Assembly: GCA_045639105.1 (NCBI GenBank)
Contig: JAZUCJ010000022.1
Coordinates: 46,032-78,031, forward strand
Direction of reading: 5' to 3'
From: Methanosphaera sp.
GTDB lineage: Archaea; Methanobacteriota; Methanobacteria; Methanobacteriales; Methanobacteriaceae
Length of the DNA stretch: 32,000 nucleotides
Shown: positions 19,292 to 27,693 of the stretch, piece after piece
Layout of the letters: every line of letters begins with the position of its first letter
How positions within the stretch are numbered: the first letter of the stretch is position 1
The notes under the pieces: model-generated
Told to the model about the DNA's origin: nothing
Database searches by the model: none
Seen by the model: only the letters and a program-made list of their open reading frames with translations
Made by a program: the position numbers and the translations under genes

Positions 19292-20857
19292 TTATAAATC
19301 ATATTTTTCAAGAATAATGTCTTTGTATTTAAATGCTGCTTCACCGGTACATATTATCAAATCGGCATCTATTTCTAAAGACTTATTAAAACCTGATAAA
19401 ACTTGTTCAACGGTAGCTCCCAAAGTACCTTGCTTTTCATCCGTTGGCATAGAATCGGGTAAAACAATTTTATCAGTGTATAAACCATTTTTTAATGCTT
19501 CTTTTGCACATAAATAAGCATTATATGATGCTGGAACAATATAATCCGCATAATCTGCAGAACAATTTAATATCTCAGTATCTCCACTTAAACCGGATTC
19601 GGAAGATGTTGTTATGACATTAACGATTTTAGGATAAATGTTTTTTATCTCTTTCAATACTGTTGTTATTCCTGCAGGATTATGAGCATAATCTATCATT
19701 ATCTCTTTATCAAAAAGTGTTCCTATCTTTTGCATCCTACCATTTACGCCATCAAATTCAGAAATATACTTTCCTATGTCTTCAAAAGACATTCCCATAA
19801 CTTCTTTGGCTACAATTATTGCTCCAAGCGAATTGTAAATATTATGTAATCCGTTTATTTTAAGTTTAAAGTCGTATTTTCCTTCTTTGGTAATTAATGT
19901 GAAGTGATCATGTTTTTCATTAATATTTGTTGCCAAATAATCGGGCTGTGAATAAGAAATTCCGCATTCACAATCGTATTTACCGACACCTGCTATGAAT
20001 TCGTTGACCTCAACTTCATTTCCACAGAAACATTGTTTGTAAGATTTTCTGAATGATTGTGCATCAAGTCCAAATGTGATTAAATTACCCGTGTAATCTA
20101 CTTCCCTGAGCAATGACATGATTGTCGGATCATCATTATTAACTATTAGTGTTTTATTTTTAAGTAATTCGACCAGTTCACCTTTTACTTTAGCATAATT
20201 TAAGAAATCATGACTATTGGTTAGATGATCCTCTGTGATGTTAGTTATTAATCCTACGTCGGCCTTACATGCACTGATTAATCTTGTTAAACTGCCTTCA
20301 AAACCGAATGTTCCCGTTTCTAAAATACTTAAATCACCATTTAAACGGGATTGAAGTGGTGGTATGTCGGCAAGATTCCCCTGCATGTTTGCCAGGTTAT
20401 GTTCACACGGCTTTAATCCGCCGGATATTGCTAAATGTTTAAGTAACGTTGTGGTAGTTGTTTTTCCATTGGTCCCCGTGATACATATTACTGGATGAAC
20501 GGGTTCAAATAATTCAAAAATGTCATCCACGGTTAATATGGGTACTGATTGTTCTTGAACTTTCTTGTATAAATTGGATTTGGATTCTATTAATTGTGTT
20601 GGCATTATAATATAATCCGATGATGAAATAAAATCTTCCGGCATCTGCCCATAATAAACTACCATTTCAGGATAATCCCGTAATGAGCTGCCAAATCTAC
20701 AATTTTCCTTGTTGACTATGTCCGTTGCTTGAACTTTATATCCATGGTCCATTAAAATTCTGGCTATGAGATTACCGTTTACTCCACAAACACCAATTAC
20801 TCCAAACAATGCATCATCTTTAATATCAGTTATTTGCATATCGTTTACAACCTTCAT
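19292..20857 (-). CDS. Mur-ligase family protein with an N-terminal Rossmann-like domain and a Cys-rich insertion (pseudomurein peptide ligase candidate)
   Basis: 521 aa. The N-terminal FGVIGVCGVNGNLIARILMDHGYKVQATD is like the MurC/MurD N-domain. It has the P-loop ICITGTNGKTTTTTLL and DYAHNPAGI in the C-terminal part. An insertion CFCGNEVEVNEFIAGVGKYDCECG is present. The start could instead be the ATG at 20839. Confidence 0.85.
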   Translation of the reverse strand: MKVVNDMQITDIKDDALFGVIGVCGVNGNLIARILMDHGYKVQATDIVNKENCRFGSSLRDYPEMVVYYGQMPEDFISSSDYIIMPTQLIESKSNLYKKVQEQSVPILTVDDIFELFEPVHPVICITGTNGKTTTTTLLKHLAISGGLKPCEHNLANMQGNLADIPPLQSRLNGDLSILETGTFGFEGSLTRLISACKADVGLITNITEDHLTNSHDFLNYAKVKGELVELLKNKTLIVNNDDPTIMSLLREVDYTGNLITFGLDAQSFRKSYKQCFCGNEVEVNEFIAGVGKYDCECGISYSQPDYLATNINEKHDHFTLITKEGKYDFKLKINGLHNIYNSLGAIIVAKEVMGMSFEDIGKYISEFDGVNGRMQKIGTLFDKEIMIDYAHNPAGITTVLKEIKNIYPKIVNVITTSSESGLSGDTEILNCSADYADYIVPASYNAYLCAKEALKNGLYTDKIVLPDSMPTDEKQGTLGATVEQVLSGFNKSLEIDADLIICTGEAAFKYKDIILEKYDL

Positions 20858-22289
20858 TTAATCCATTAATCAGTTTTTCTTTTACTTGGTTATAAGAAGT
20901 AGTTCCTCCTATACCTAAATGAACTATGTAATCGCCCGGTTTAGCATATTTCATAGCTAATTCTGCTGCTTCATCTACGCTGCATAGTGCTAATTTTATT
21001 ACTTCATCGTTTTCTATCGCATTTAATAAGCCTAACGCAGAGTCCATGTGCAATTCCCCTGTTATTTCAACATATCCCGTTGCAATAACCATGTTTGCAT
21101 ATTCTCCAACGGTTCTACCACTTTCTTCATTGTCACGTATAGTTGTTGAGTCCACACAACCAAAGACTACTATGATATTTTCATCTTTAATAAAATCCAG
21201 AGCTTGTCTTATTGACAATTCGGAACATGATGAATCAAAGTATGCTTCAACACCATTAAATGTTCCCAAATGTTCCATTCTTCCACTTACTCCAGTGAAT
21301 AATGCCAAACCTTCTTTAATCGTGTCCCAGGAAATACCATATTCAAGACATACTGATATTGCTGCTGTTAAGTTAGCGTAATTGTATGATGCCACAGTAT
21401 CTATGTTTATATCTGTTTTTTCTATTGGATTATCTCCACATATTTTGAAAACATAATTTCCATCATCATATGAGGCCACGTATTTAGGAGAGTATTTGTT
21501 TTTATCAGCATCTAAATTATTATTTTCAAAATCGAAGTAAATTGTATCTTCCCGTTTATATGTTAATAAATCAGCACATTGGATATTTGCCACTAATTTG
21601 TCACACATGTCCAAAATCAAGGATTTTCTGTCAATATATTTTTGCATTGACCCGTTGAATTCACTTAGGTGTTCCTGATGTAAGTTGGTGATGACTCCCA
21701 GTTTTAGTTCCACATCACCCAGCAAGCCTAAAGTACCATGTGGCAATTCCAGAATAGCCAAATCTGCTCCCTTGTATTCTCCCCTAACTATGTCGTCCAC
21801 GATTGCTTCACTTACCAAGTTCCATTTCATGGATGAACATTGATATACGTTATATCCTGCTTTCTTGAATATGTGTGTTATCATGGTTGTTGTTGTGGTT
21901 TTACCGTATGAGCCAGTAATACCTATTTTATCCATGTCAATAATTGTGTTTATTAAGTCACTGATTGTTTTTCTAGTAACTATTGTTATATCATTTTCTT
22001 TAATTTGCTGGTATATCGGTGCAGATTCCGGTATTGTCGGAGCAAGATATATTGCTTCATAACCTGAAATATCCGGATTATCAACACCCAATTCTAATGT
22101 TACACCTTCACTTTTGAGTACGTCGAGCATATCCTTCCTTATTTCAGTGAATTCTCCATATTTTTTTGAATCTACAATCGTTACATTTACGCCCTGATGG
22201 TTCAATAATCTGGCAACCGGTCTTCCAGCATTTCCGGCACCAATTACTACACAATTTTTAAAGTTCAACAAAAAAAACAACTCCTTCAT
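20826..22289 (-). CDS. Mur-ligase family protein, MurD-like (pseudomurein peptide ligase candidate)
   Basis: 487 aa with the Rossmann N-domain VVIGAGNAGRPVARLLNHQGVNVTIVD and the P-loop IGITGSYGKTTTTTMI. FDSSCSE sits where MurD has DSKATN. The start is uncertain: AAGGAG directly after the ATG at 22289 could serve TTG codons 7 or 8 instead. Confidence 0.85.
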   Translation of the reverse strand: MKELFFLLNFKNCVVIGAGNAGRPVARLLNHQGVNVTIVDSKKYGEFTEIRKDMLDVLKSEGVTLELGVDNPDISGYEAIYLAPTIPESAPIYQQIKENDITIVTRKTISDLINTIIDMDKIGITGSYGKTTTTTMITHIFKKAGYNVYQCSSMKWNLVSEAIVDDIVRGEYKGADLAILELPHGTLGLLGDVELKLGVITNLHQEHLSEFNGSMQKYIDRKSLILDMCDKLVANIQCADLLTYKREDTIYFDFENNNLDADKNKYSPKYVASYDDGNYVFKICGDNPIEKTDINIDTVASYNYANLTAAISVCLEYGISWDTIKEGLALFTGVSGRMEHLGTFNGVEAYFDSSCSELSIRQALDFIKDENIIVVFGCVDSTTIRDNEESGRTVGEYANMVIATGYVEITGELHMDSALGLLNAIENDEVIKLALCSVDEAAELAMKYAKPGDYIVHLGIGGTTSYNQVKEKLINGLNEGCKRYANN

Positions 22290-22461
22290 TAATTAAAAAT
22301 AATTTATTAAAAAACATTACGATAATATCTTAGTTTAATATCTTTTTTTTATAATAAATAATATTTTCCTAAAAATTAATAATACTTAAAAAATCTTTGT
22401 TTAAAGAATTATAAGAAAGCAGATTAATTTTTTAATTATTATGAGTTAATAAAAATAAATT

Positions 22462-22474
22462 AAAAATAGAAAAA
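22462..22474 (-). terminator. T5-C-TA-T5 tract immediately after the stop of the MurE/F-like ligase gene
   Basis: The minus strand reads TAA-CCCCC-TTTTT-C-TA-TTTTT. This is weaker than the other oligo-T tracts. It is followed by a 190-bp AT-rich gap before the next gene. Confidence 0.35.
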
Positions 22475-22479
22475 GGGGG

Positions 22480-23943
22480 TTAGATTATATCTTTTTCTTC
22501 CAATATCTTTCTTGCAGGATCCATACCCTGTGCACCCAGCAATAAGATTACATCGGATTTGTTTGCCTTGCCAAATGTTGAAATTAAGGATTCTTCCAAA
22601 GTATCATATAACTTGTAGATTATTGAATTATCATCCAATACTCCGGTAAATATTTCCAACTCGGAATCTGTGACCGTATTCAAGTTATTTACCACATCAG
22701 TACTTGTAGTTAATATTAAAGAATAATTGTCCTGTTGTGCCAATACTTCAACTAACGCTTCGGCTATTTCTTTATTAATATCTTCTCCACGACTTCCCCT
22801 GATTGCATTTATGACAAAGAGATGTTCACCTAATTTAGCGCCGTTTTCGATTGTTAAATGAATTCCTGAAGGATTATGAGCAAAGTCGTCGATGATTACT
22901 GGATTTTCCCGGAGCTTGATAAAGCGTCTTGCCAATGGTTTATAGTTTTTTAGTGAAGAGATTACATCCGCCCTATCCAACGATTTGTATTCACAAACTG
23001 CTATGGCCGCCATGATATCCTGAATAAAATGGTTTGAAGTAAAAGGCAAATCCTCGTATCTTATGTATAATTCATCCCTAGAAAATATTCCCACATTTTC
23101 TTTATAGGATATGTCTAAAATGTTAGAAGAATCATAGTCACCAAAATACATCACCTTTACATTAGAATTATCCTCTACTACTTCTGCCATTTTTCTAATA
23201 TTTTTGTCTTCATAGTTAAGAACCAATAATGTTTGTTTGTTCTGTTTTGTCAATGCCCTTGCTGCACCGGCTATTTCATATAATAGTTCATCAAAGGATT
23301 CTACCAGATTCATATGATCAAATGAGGCGTTGGTTATAACGGCAACATCTGAGCCCAAGGCGTTAATCATTTGACAGGAATGGTCATTCATTAATTTATC
23401 ATCCCACCCCTGTACTTCAGATACTTCCAATGCTATTACATCAATATTTCCGTTTTTATTATAATATTCTGCAAGTTCATCAGAAACGCGTGGATCTATT
23501 AATGTATTTCCTTCGGATTCTGCGTCGGTGTTTGTATAAGTGTTAAAACCCATATCGGAAAAAATAGTAAAAAGAAGGTGTGTGGTTGTGGATTTACCAT
23601 TAGTTCCTGTTACTGACATTTTAAATGCATTGCCCGCATATTTTTGAACGGAAGAATGTAATGCATATGCTGTTGCATACTCAATATGTTCTGTAACAAT
23701 CAATGGTAAATTTAAATTTTTTGCAACCTCTATGGCATTATCTTGAGGATTTTGTGTTATTAAACAAGATACTTCCCTTTCATGAGCTATTTGAATACCT
23801 TTTTCATTAATCCAATGCCTTATTACAATATCGTCCTTGGATGCTTTATTAAGAAAAGTAAAATTTCCATCTAATTCAATATTTGGACCATATAATGTTC
23901 CTTTTATTTTTTTAGACAAATCTAATGTGTTCATCATACTCAT
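22480..23943 (-). CDS. Mur-ligase family protein, MurE/MurF-like (pseudomurein peptide ligase candidate)
   Basis: 487 aa with no Rossmann N-domain. It has the P-loop MSVTGTNGKSTTTHLL, ITNASFDHMN (the central-domain DH motif) and DDFAHNPSGI. It lies 22 nt downstream of the MraY-like gene. Confidence 0.85.
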   Translation of the reverse strand: MSMMNTLDLSKKIKGTLYGPNIELDGNFTFLNKASKDDIVIRHWINEKGIQIAHEREVSCLITQNPQDNAIEVAKNLNLPLIVTEHIEYATAYALHSSVQKYAGNAFKMSVTGTNGKSTTTHLLFTIFSDMGFNTYTNTDAESEGNTLIDPRVSDELAEYYNKNGNIDVIALEVSEVQGWDDKLMNDHSCQMINALGSDVAVITNASFDHMNLVESFDELLYEIAGAARALTKQNKQTLLVLNYEDKNIRKMAEVVEDNSNVKVMYFGDYDSSNILDISYKENVGIFSRDELYIRYEDLPFTSNHFIQDIMAAIAVCEYKSLDRADVISSLKNYKPLARRFIKLRENPVIIDDFAHNPSGIHLTIENGAKLGEHLFVINAIRGSRGEDINKEIAEALVEVLAQQDNYSLILTTSTDVVNNLNTVTDSELEIFTGVLDDNSIIYKLYDTLEESLISTFGKANKSDVILLLGAQGMDPARKILEEKDII

Positions 23944-23965
23944 TTTTTTTCCTCAATTAATGAAA

Positions 23966-25048
23966 TCATATTATTCCAAACAGGAATAATGCAATTACGG
24001 ATACTATTAATGTTACTCCCCAGTATAACAATATAATCTTTTGTTCTGACATACCATGATAATTCAAGGTATGATGTAATGGTTCTACAGGTAATGTTAT
24101 CACATGTGCCCTATGTAATAAACTGATTATTACGGATATGATTGGAACTGCTAATGCGATGATGGAAAATATTAAAGAATTTCCCAATAATGCGGCCACC
24201 ATATAACCAGTACCTAATGCATAAGATCCCGTATCTCCCATGAATATCTTTGCAGGATAATGGTTTAAGACCAGGAATCCCACACATGCTCCTGCAAGCA
24301 CTACAAATGGCAATGATGCTACTGTGCCTGTTACTACACCAGAATAAAGTGCTGATGCTATGGATGCTATTGCAATTATTCCTGCTGCCAAACCATCCAT
24401 TCCATCAATCAGGTTAACTGCATTAATAGAACCGATGATTGCCAGTATTGCTAAAGGAATCATTAATAAACCAATTTCGATTCCGCTAACATTAGTTGAT
24501 AAAACTCCCGGGACTATTAAGAAACATGCCAATATAAATTGAGTTAAGAGTTTATATGTTTCGGAAGTTTCTGTTTTAATAGGGATTTCATCAATTAATT
24601 CTAATTTATGATCCTTTTCAACAATTTCTGCATAATCTTTTTTAGCTTGAGGTGAAGCTACTCTTGCTTCTTCTCCAGGTTGTAATGATAATAATCCAAT
24701 TTTAACCGGTTCATCACCATTATTTCTTACTACTTTTTGATATTCTTTTACTTTAAATCCAAGTAAATCATCAAACATACCAAAAATACCTGCAACAAAC
24801 ATCATGAAAACCATTATGTGTAAATAACTAACGGCATCCCATGTAAATGTAAACAAGGCCATTAATGCAACACCAATCAATATTCCAAAACCACCCATGG
24901 TTGGTGTTCCACTTTTTTGCCTATGTTCAGAAACTATAGGATTATCACGAATATCCGCTAATAACAATTCACGTCTAACAGCTGCAGTAAATAATGCTGT
25001 TACTACTATTGTTAATATAAAGATTAGTACGTCCACTTGACTAATCAT
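23966..25048 (-). CDS. MraY-like polyprenyl-phosphate phospho-sugar/peptide transferase (glycosyltransferase family 4)
   Basis: 360 aa and polytopic. Motifs are FDDLLGF, NLIDGMDGLA, GDTGSYALG and PVEPLHHTLNYHG, in the order of MraY/WecA-family motifs. A hydrophilic loop of about 70 aa (KVKEYQK..TSETYK) lies between TM blocks. Confidence 0.88.
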   Translation of the reverse strand: MISQVDVLIFILTIVVTALFTAAVRRELLLADIRDNPIVSEHRQKSGTPTMGGFGILIGVALMALFTFTWDAVSYLHIMVFMMFVAGIFGMFDDLLGFKVKEYQKVVRNNGDEPVKIGLLSLQPGEEARVASPQAKKDYAEIVEKDHKLELIDEIPIKTETSETYKLLTQFILACFLIVPGVLSTNVSGIEIGLLMIPLAILAIIGSINAVNLIDGMDGLAAGIIAIASIASALYSGVVTGTVASLPFVVLAGACVGFLVLNHYPAKIFMGDTGSYALGTGYMVAALLGNSLIFSIIALAVPIISVIISLLHRAHVITLPVEPLHHTLNYHGMSEQKIILLYWGVTLIVSVIALFLFGII

Positions 25049-25155
25049 ATTTTTAACCCCCTGAAGTTAAAAAAACTATAAATTTATATTATTTAATTAT
25101 CTATCTCAAGATTAAAATAAGTAACTGTAAAGAATAAAAAATGTAGACGGTTAAT

Positions 25156-25163
25156 AAAAAAAA
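25156..25163 (-). terminator. Oligo-T (T8 on the minus strand) putative terminator after the ATP-grasp gene
   Basis: An A8 run on the plus strand lies 14 nt downstream of the TAA at 25178-25180. A 129-bp gap follows before the MraY-like start. Confidence 0.45.
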
Positions 25164-25177
25164 GTGGTTTGTGGAGT

Positions 25178-26332
25178 TTAAGAAAAATTAATATTGTTTT
25201 TACATGCATAATCATTTACCAAATCATGGGTTAATTTGTTAAGATTTTCCCTGGAATCTGCCCTAATGGTTAGTCTCTGATAATGTGTTGGACCGTGAAC
25301 AACATATGAATTGTCACCGTCAAACACCTTTTCTTCAGGTATTACTTTGTCGGCAGGAAAATCGCCTATAGGTAATTCTGTTGCATAATAGTTTTTTATG
25401 GATGATTCAACCCCTTTGGCAGACCAGTTTCCGCAAGCCATGTCGATTAATTGGCATATAGGGTATACGTCTGTGGAAGCTGCAGTCATATAACGTGTTC
25501 CGCTAGGTCTGGTATTTAGTTCTATGACAAAATCTTCCCCGTTTTTTGAATCGTGCAAAATGTCTATGTCCATTGTACCTTCCACATCAACAAGATTTGC
25601 TAATTTTACGGCAAGATTTTTAATGTATTGGTTGTGCTTGGTGTTGTCTATTCCATCAATATTTAATGGGGCCTGTTTAATTTTTGATAATGGATGAGTT
25701 CCCTCGAGAGTGGTTTCACCCTTATATACCGGAACCAATGGAACTGCCTGATTATTCCATCGTAAAACCTCAATAGAAGCTTCCATTCCCTCGACAAATT
25801 CTTCACTGAAAATATTGTTTTTTTCGGAGACGAAGTCCAGGATATCCTCCTTTGTTAAAGCTATCTTTACCCCGGTACCTCCCTGACCTTCAGGGGTTTT
25901 CAATACTAATGGCAATTGACTTTCCAAATCGTCTATGTCATAAGGTTCATCCAGCTTATTAAATATTGGAGTTTTAATATTGTTTTTGGTTAACAGTTCC
26001 TTGGTTTCATACTTATTTGCTGCCAGTGCTGCCGTACTATATTGTGCTGCTATTACTGGAATACCGTTTTCTTTTTCAAGGGTGTCCTTCATTTTTCCAA
26101 CATCAACCAATGGTGGATCTATACCTATTAATGGTATTACTGCATCAACTTCTTCTTTAATGGCTATTTCCATAGGTTCATCCATTCCTCTTGAAACAAT
26201 ATATTGTTTATCGGCCAAATCCAAGTTTTCCGCGTTTTTGTTTGATTCCGTGATTATTGTTTCTATACCTAACTTTTTTGCATACCATGCAGCATCATCA
26301 AATAATCGTGAGCCTATAAATAATATTTTCAT
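25178..26332 (-). CDS. ATP-grasp enzyme, carbamoyl-phosphate-synthase-large-subunit-like (pseudomurein peptide-bond-forming candidate)
   Basis: 384 aa with a pre-ATP-grasp Rossmann N-terminus (MKILFIGS). It has a glycine-rich loop KTPEGQGGTGVKI and ELNTRPSGT, equivalent to CarB EVNPRVSRS. GGTGG lies 3 nt upstream of the ATG and overlaps the upstream stop. Confidence 0.8.
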   Translation of the reverse strand: MKILFIGSRLFDDAAWYAKKLGIETIITESNKNAENLDLADKQYIVSRGMDEPMEIAIKEEVDAVIPLIGIDPPLVDVGKMKDTLEKENGIPVIAAQYSTAALAANKYETKELLTKNNIKTPIFNKLDEPYDIDDLESQLPLVLKTPEGQGGTGVKIALTKEDILDFVSEKNNIFSEEFVEGMEASIEVLRWNNQAVPLVPVYKGETTLEGTHPLSKIKQAPLNIDGIDNTKHNQYIKNLAVKLANLVDVEGTMDIDILHDSKNGEDFVIELNTRPSGTRYMTAASTDVYPICQLIDMACGNWSAKGVESSIKNYYATELPIGDFPADKVIPEEKVFDGDNSYVVHGPTHYQRLTIRADSRENLNKLTHDLVNDYACKNNINFS

Positions 26333-26340
26333 TATACCAC

Positions 26341-26787
26341 CTATACCAATTCTACTAATATGTCTGTTAATTCTTCTACACTATCCTTTACTTCATCCGA
26401 TACCTTATTTACCAATTTCATTTCCTTTGGTTGTATTCCGATGGTTATGATCTTACTTCCAATTGTTTCTTCAATATAATTTATTATGAATGATATCGGC
26501 ATGGAATGGGTGGAAACGTTAAATGTATCAATTTGTTCCTTTTGAATGATTAACATCTCACCGGGACTTGCTTCAAATTCAACAGCATCAATAATAATTA
26601 TATGTGATGGACTTAATGTTCTGATTTCATGAGTGTGATTTTCAGGAGTGGATTCCGTATTTAATAAAAATACGTTGTCCGTATCCTTAGTAGTTAAACT
26701 ACTTAATTTTTCATATAACTTTTCAGATAATAATGGTCCTAAACCATCATCTCCCCTAAGAGAATTGCCTATTGTAAAAATTAACAA
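26341..26787 (-). CDS. [NiFe]-hydrogenase maturation endopeptidase (HycI/HybD/FrhD family)
   Basis: 148 aa with a TTG start. GNSLRGDDGLGPLL, IIIIDAVEF and STHSMP supply the three metal-ligand positions typical of this family. No hydrogenase structural gene is in the window. Confidence 0.8.
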   Translation of the reverse strand: MLIFTIGNSLRGDDGLGPLLSEKLYEKLSSLTTKDTDNVFLLNTESTPENHTHEIRTLSPSHIIIIDAVEFEASPGEMLIIQKEQIDTFNVSTHSMPISFIINYIEETIGSKIITIGIQPKEMKLVNKVSDEVKDSVEELTDILVELV

Positions 26788-26809
26788 TTTATCATAATCT
26801 TTTAAAAAA

Positions 26810-27574
26810 TCAGATAACTTTTCGGATATTTGCTTTGATTGTATTTAAACCACCACCCATAGTATATTTTATATTTATTATGATTGTATCAGATTCTTTT
26901 ACCTCAAGAGTATTTACCGGAATTAATAAAGGAGGATTTAACATTGGGGTAGGTCCCGTTATTAAGTCTTCTGTTACACTGGTATATGTAGTTATTAACA
27001 AGGAATTTAATTGTCCTGACTTGTTAACCGTCATTTTAATATCTTTTTCAAATTCGGGATTTGTTTGCTTAGAAAAATCAACGGTATTGTATTTGATTTC
27101 TTCAGAAAATGATTTGAATATGGTGTTTTCATCTTCCTTATATGTTATGTGTGATCTATTTGAAAAACCTACTTGTATTGTATCACATGTTGATTTTGGT
27201 ATAATAATCGTGTCTTTTTTTGTATAATGTAGTGCATTATTAATTGCCGGAACTTGTTGTTCGTCTATTAATGCCGTATCCAACATTTCACATATTATTA
27301 CATCCGGTTTTTCAACAAAAGCATAATCTGTTGTGTCAGCTTCTATAATTGTTATGTTTTCATGAGCTTTTAATAGTTCTTCAGAATATTTTTTAATTAC
27401 TAAGGGATTTATTTCAAATGCGTAAACTTTTTCTGCGTATGGTGCTGCAAATGAAGCTAATATTCCAGAACCGGTACCTAAATCATATGTGATGCCATGG
27501 GCTTTTTGTGTTATTGCCTCTTTAAAAATAGATACTCTTTTTTCATCTTTTGTTAAATCATCATAATATGTCAT
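26810..27574 (-). CDS. Class I SAM-dependent methyltransferase, PRMT-like
   Basis: 254 aa with motif I YDLGTGSGILASFAA and post-I VYAFEINP. It has an E-x8-E loop (ICEMLDTALIDEQ) and an N-terminal DLTKDEKRVSIFKEAI that resembles the PRMT ML.D..R...Y..AI helix. Confidence 0.7.
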   Translation of the reverse strand: MTYYDDLTKDEKRVSIFKEAITQKAHGITYDLGTGSGILASFAAPYAEKVYAFEINPLVIKKYSEELLKAHENITIIEADTTDYAFVEKPDVIICEMLDTALIDEQQVPAINNALHYTKKDTIIIPKSTCDTIQVGFSNRSHITYKEDENTIFKSFSEEIKYNTVDFSKQTNPEFEKDIKMTVNKSGQLNSLLITTYTSVTEDLITGPTPMLNPPLLIPVNTLEVKESDTIIINIKYTMGGGLNTIKANIRKVI

Positions 27575-27693
27575 TATTAAGAGTTTTGTTTAAAGATTTT
27601 AATATAATTTAAAACAAGGAAAAAGTAAAAATAGTTAAATTTAATATATTTGAAAAGATTGGTTAAATTATATGTGGGTATAATTATTAGTAT

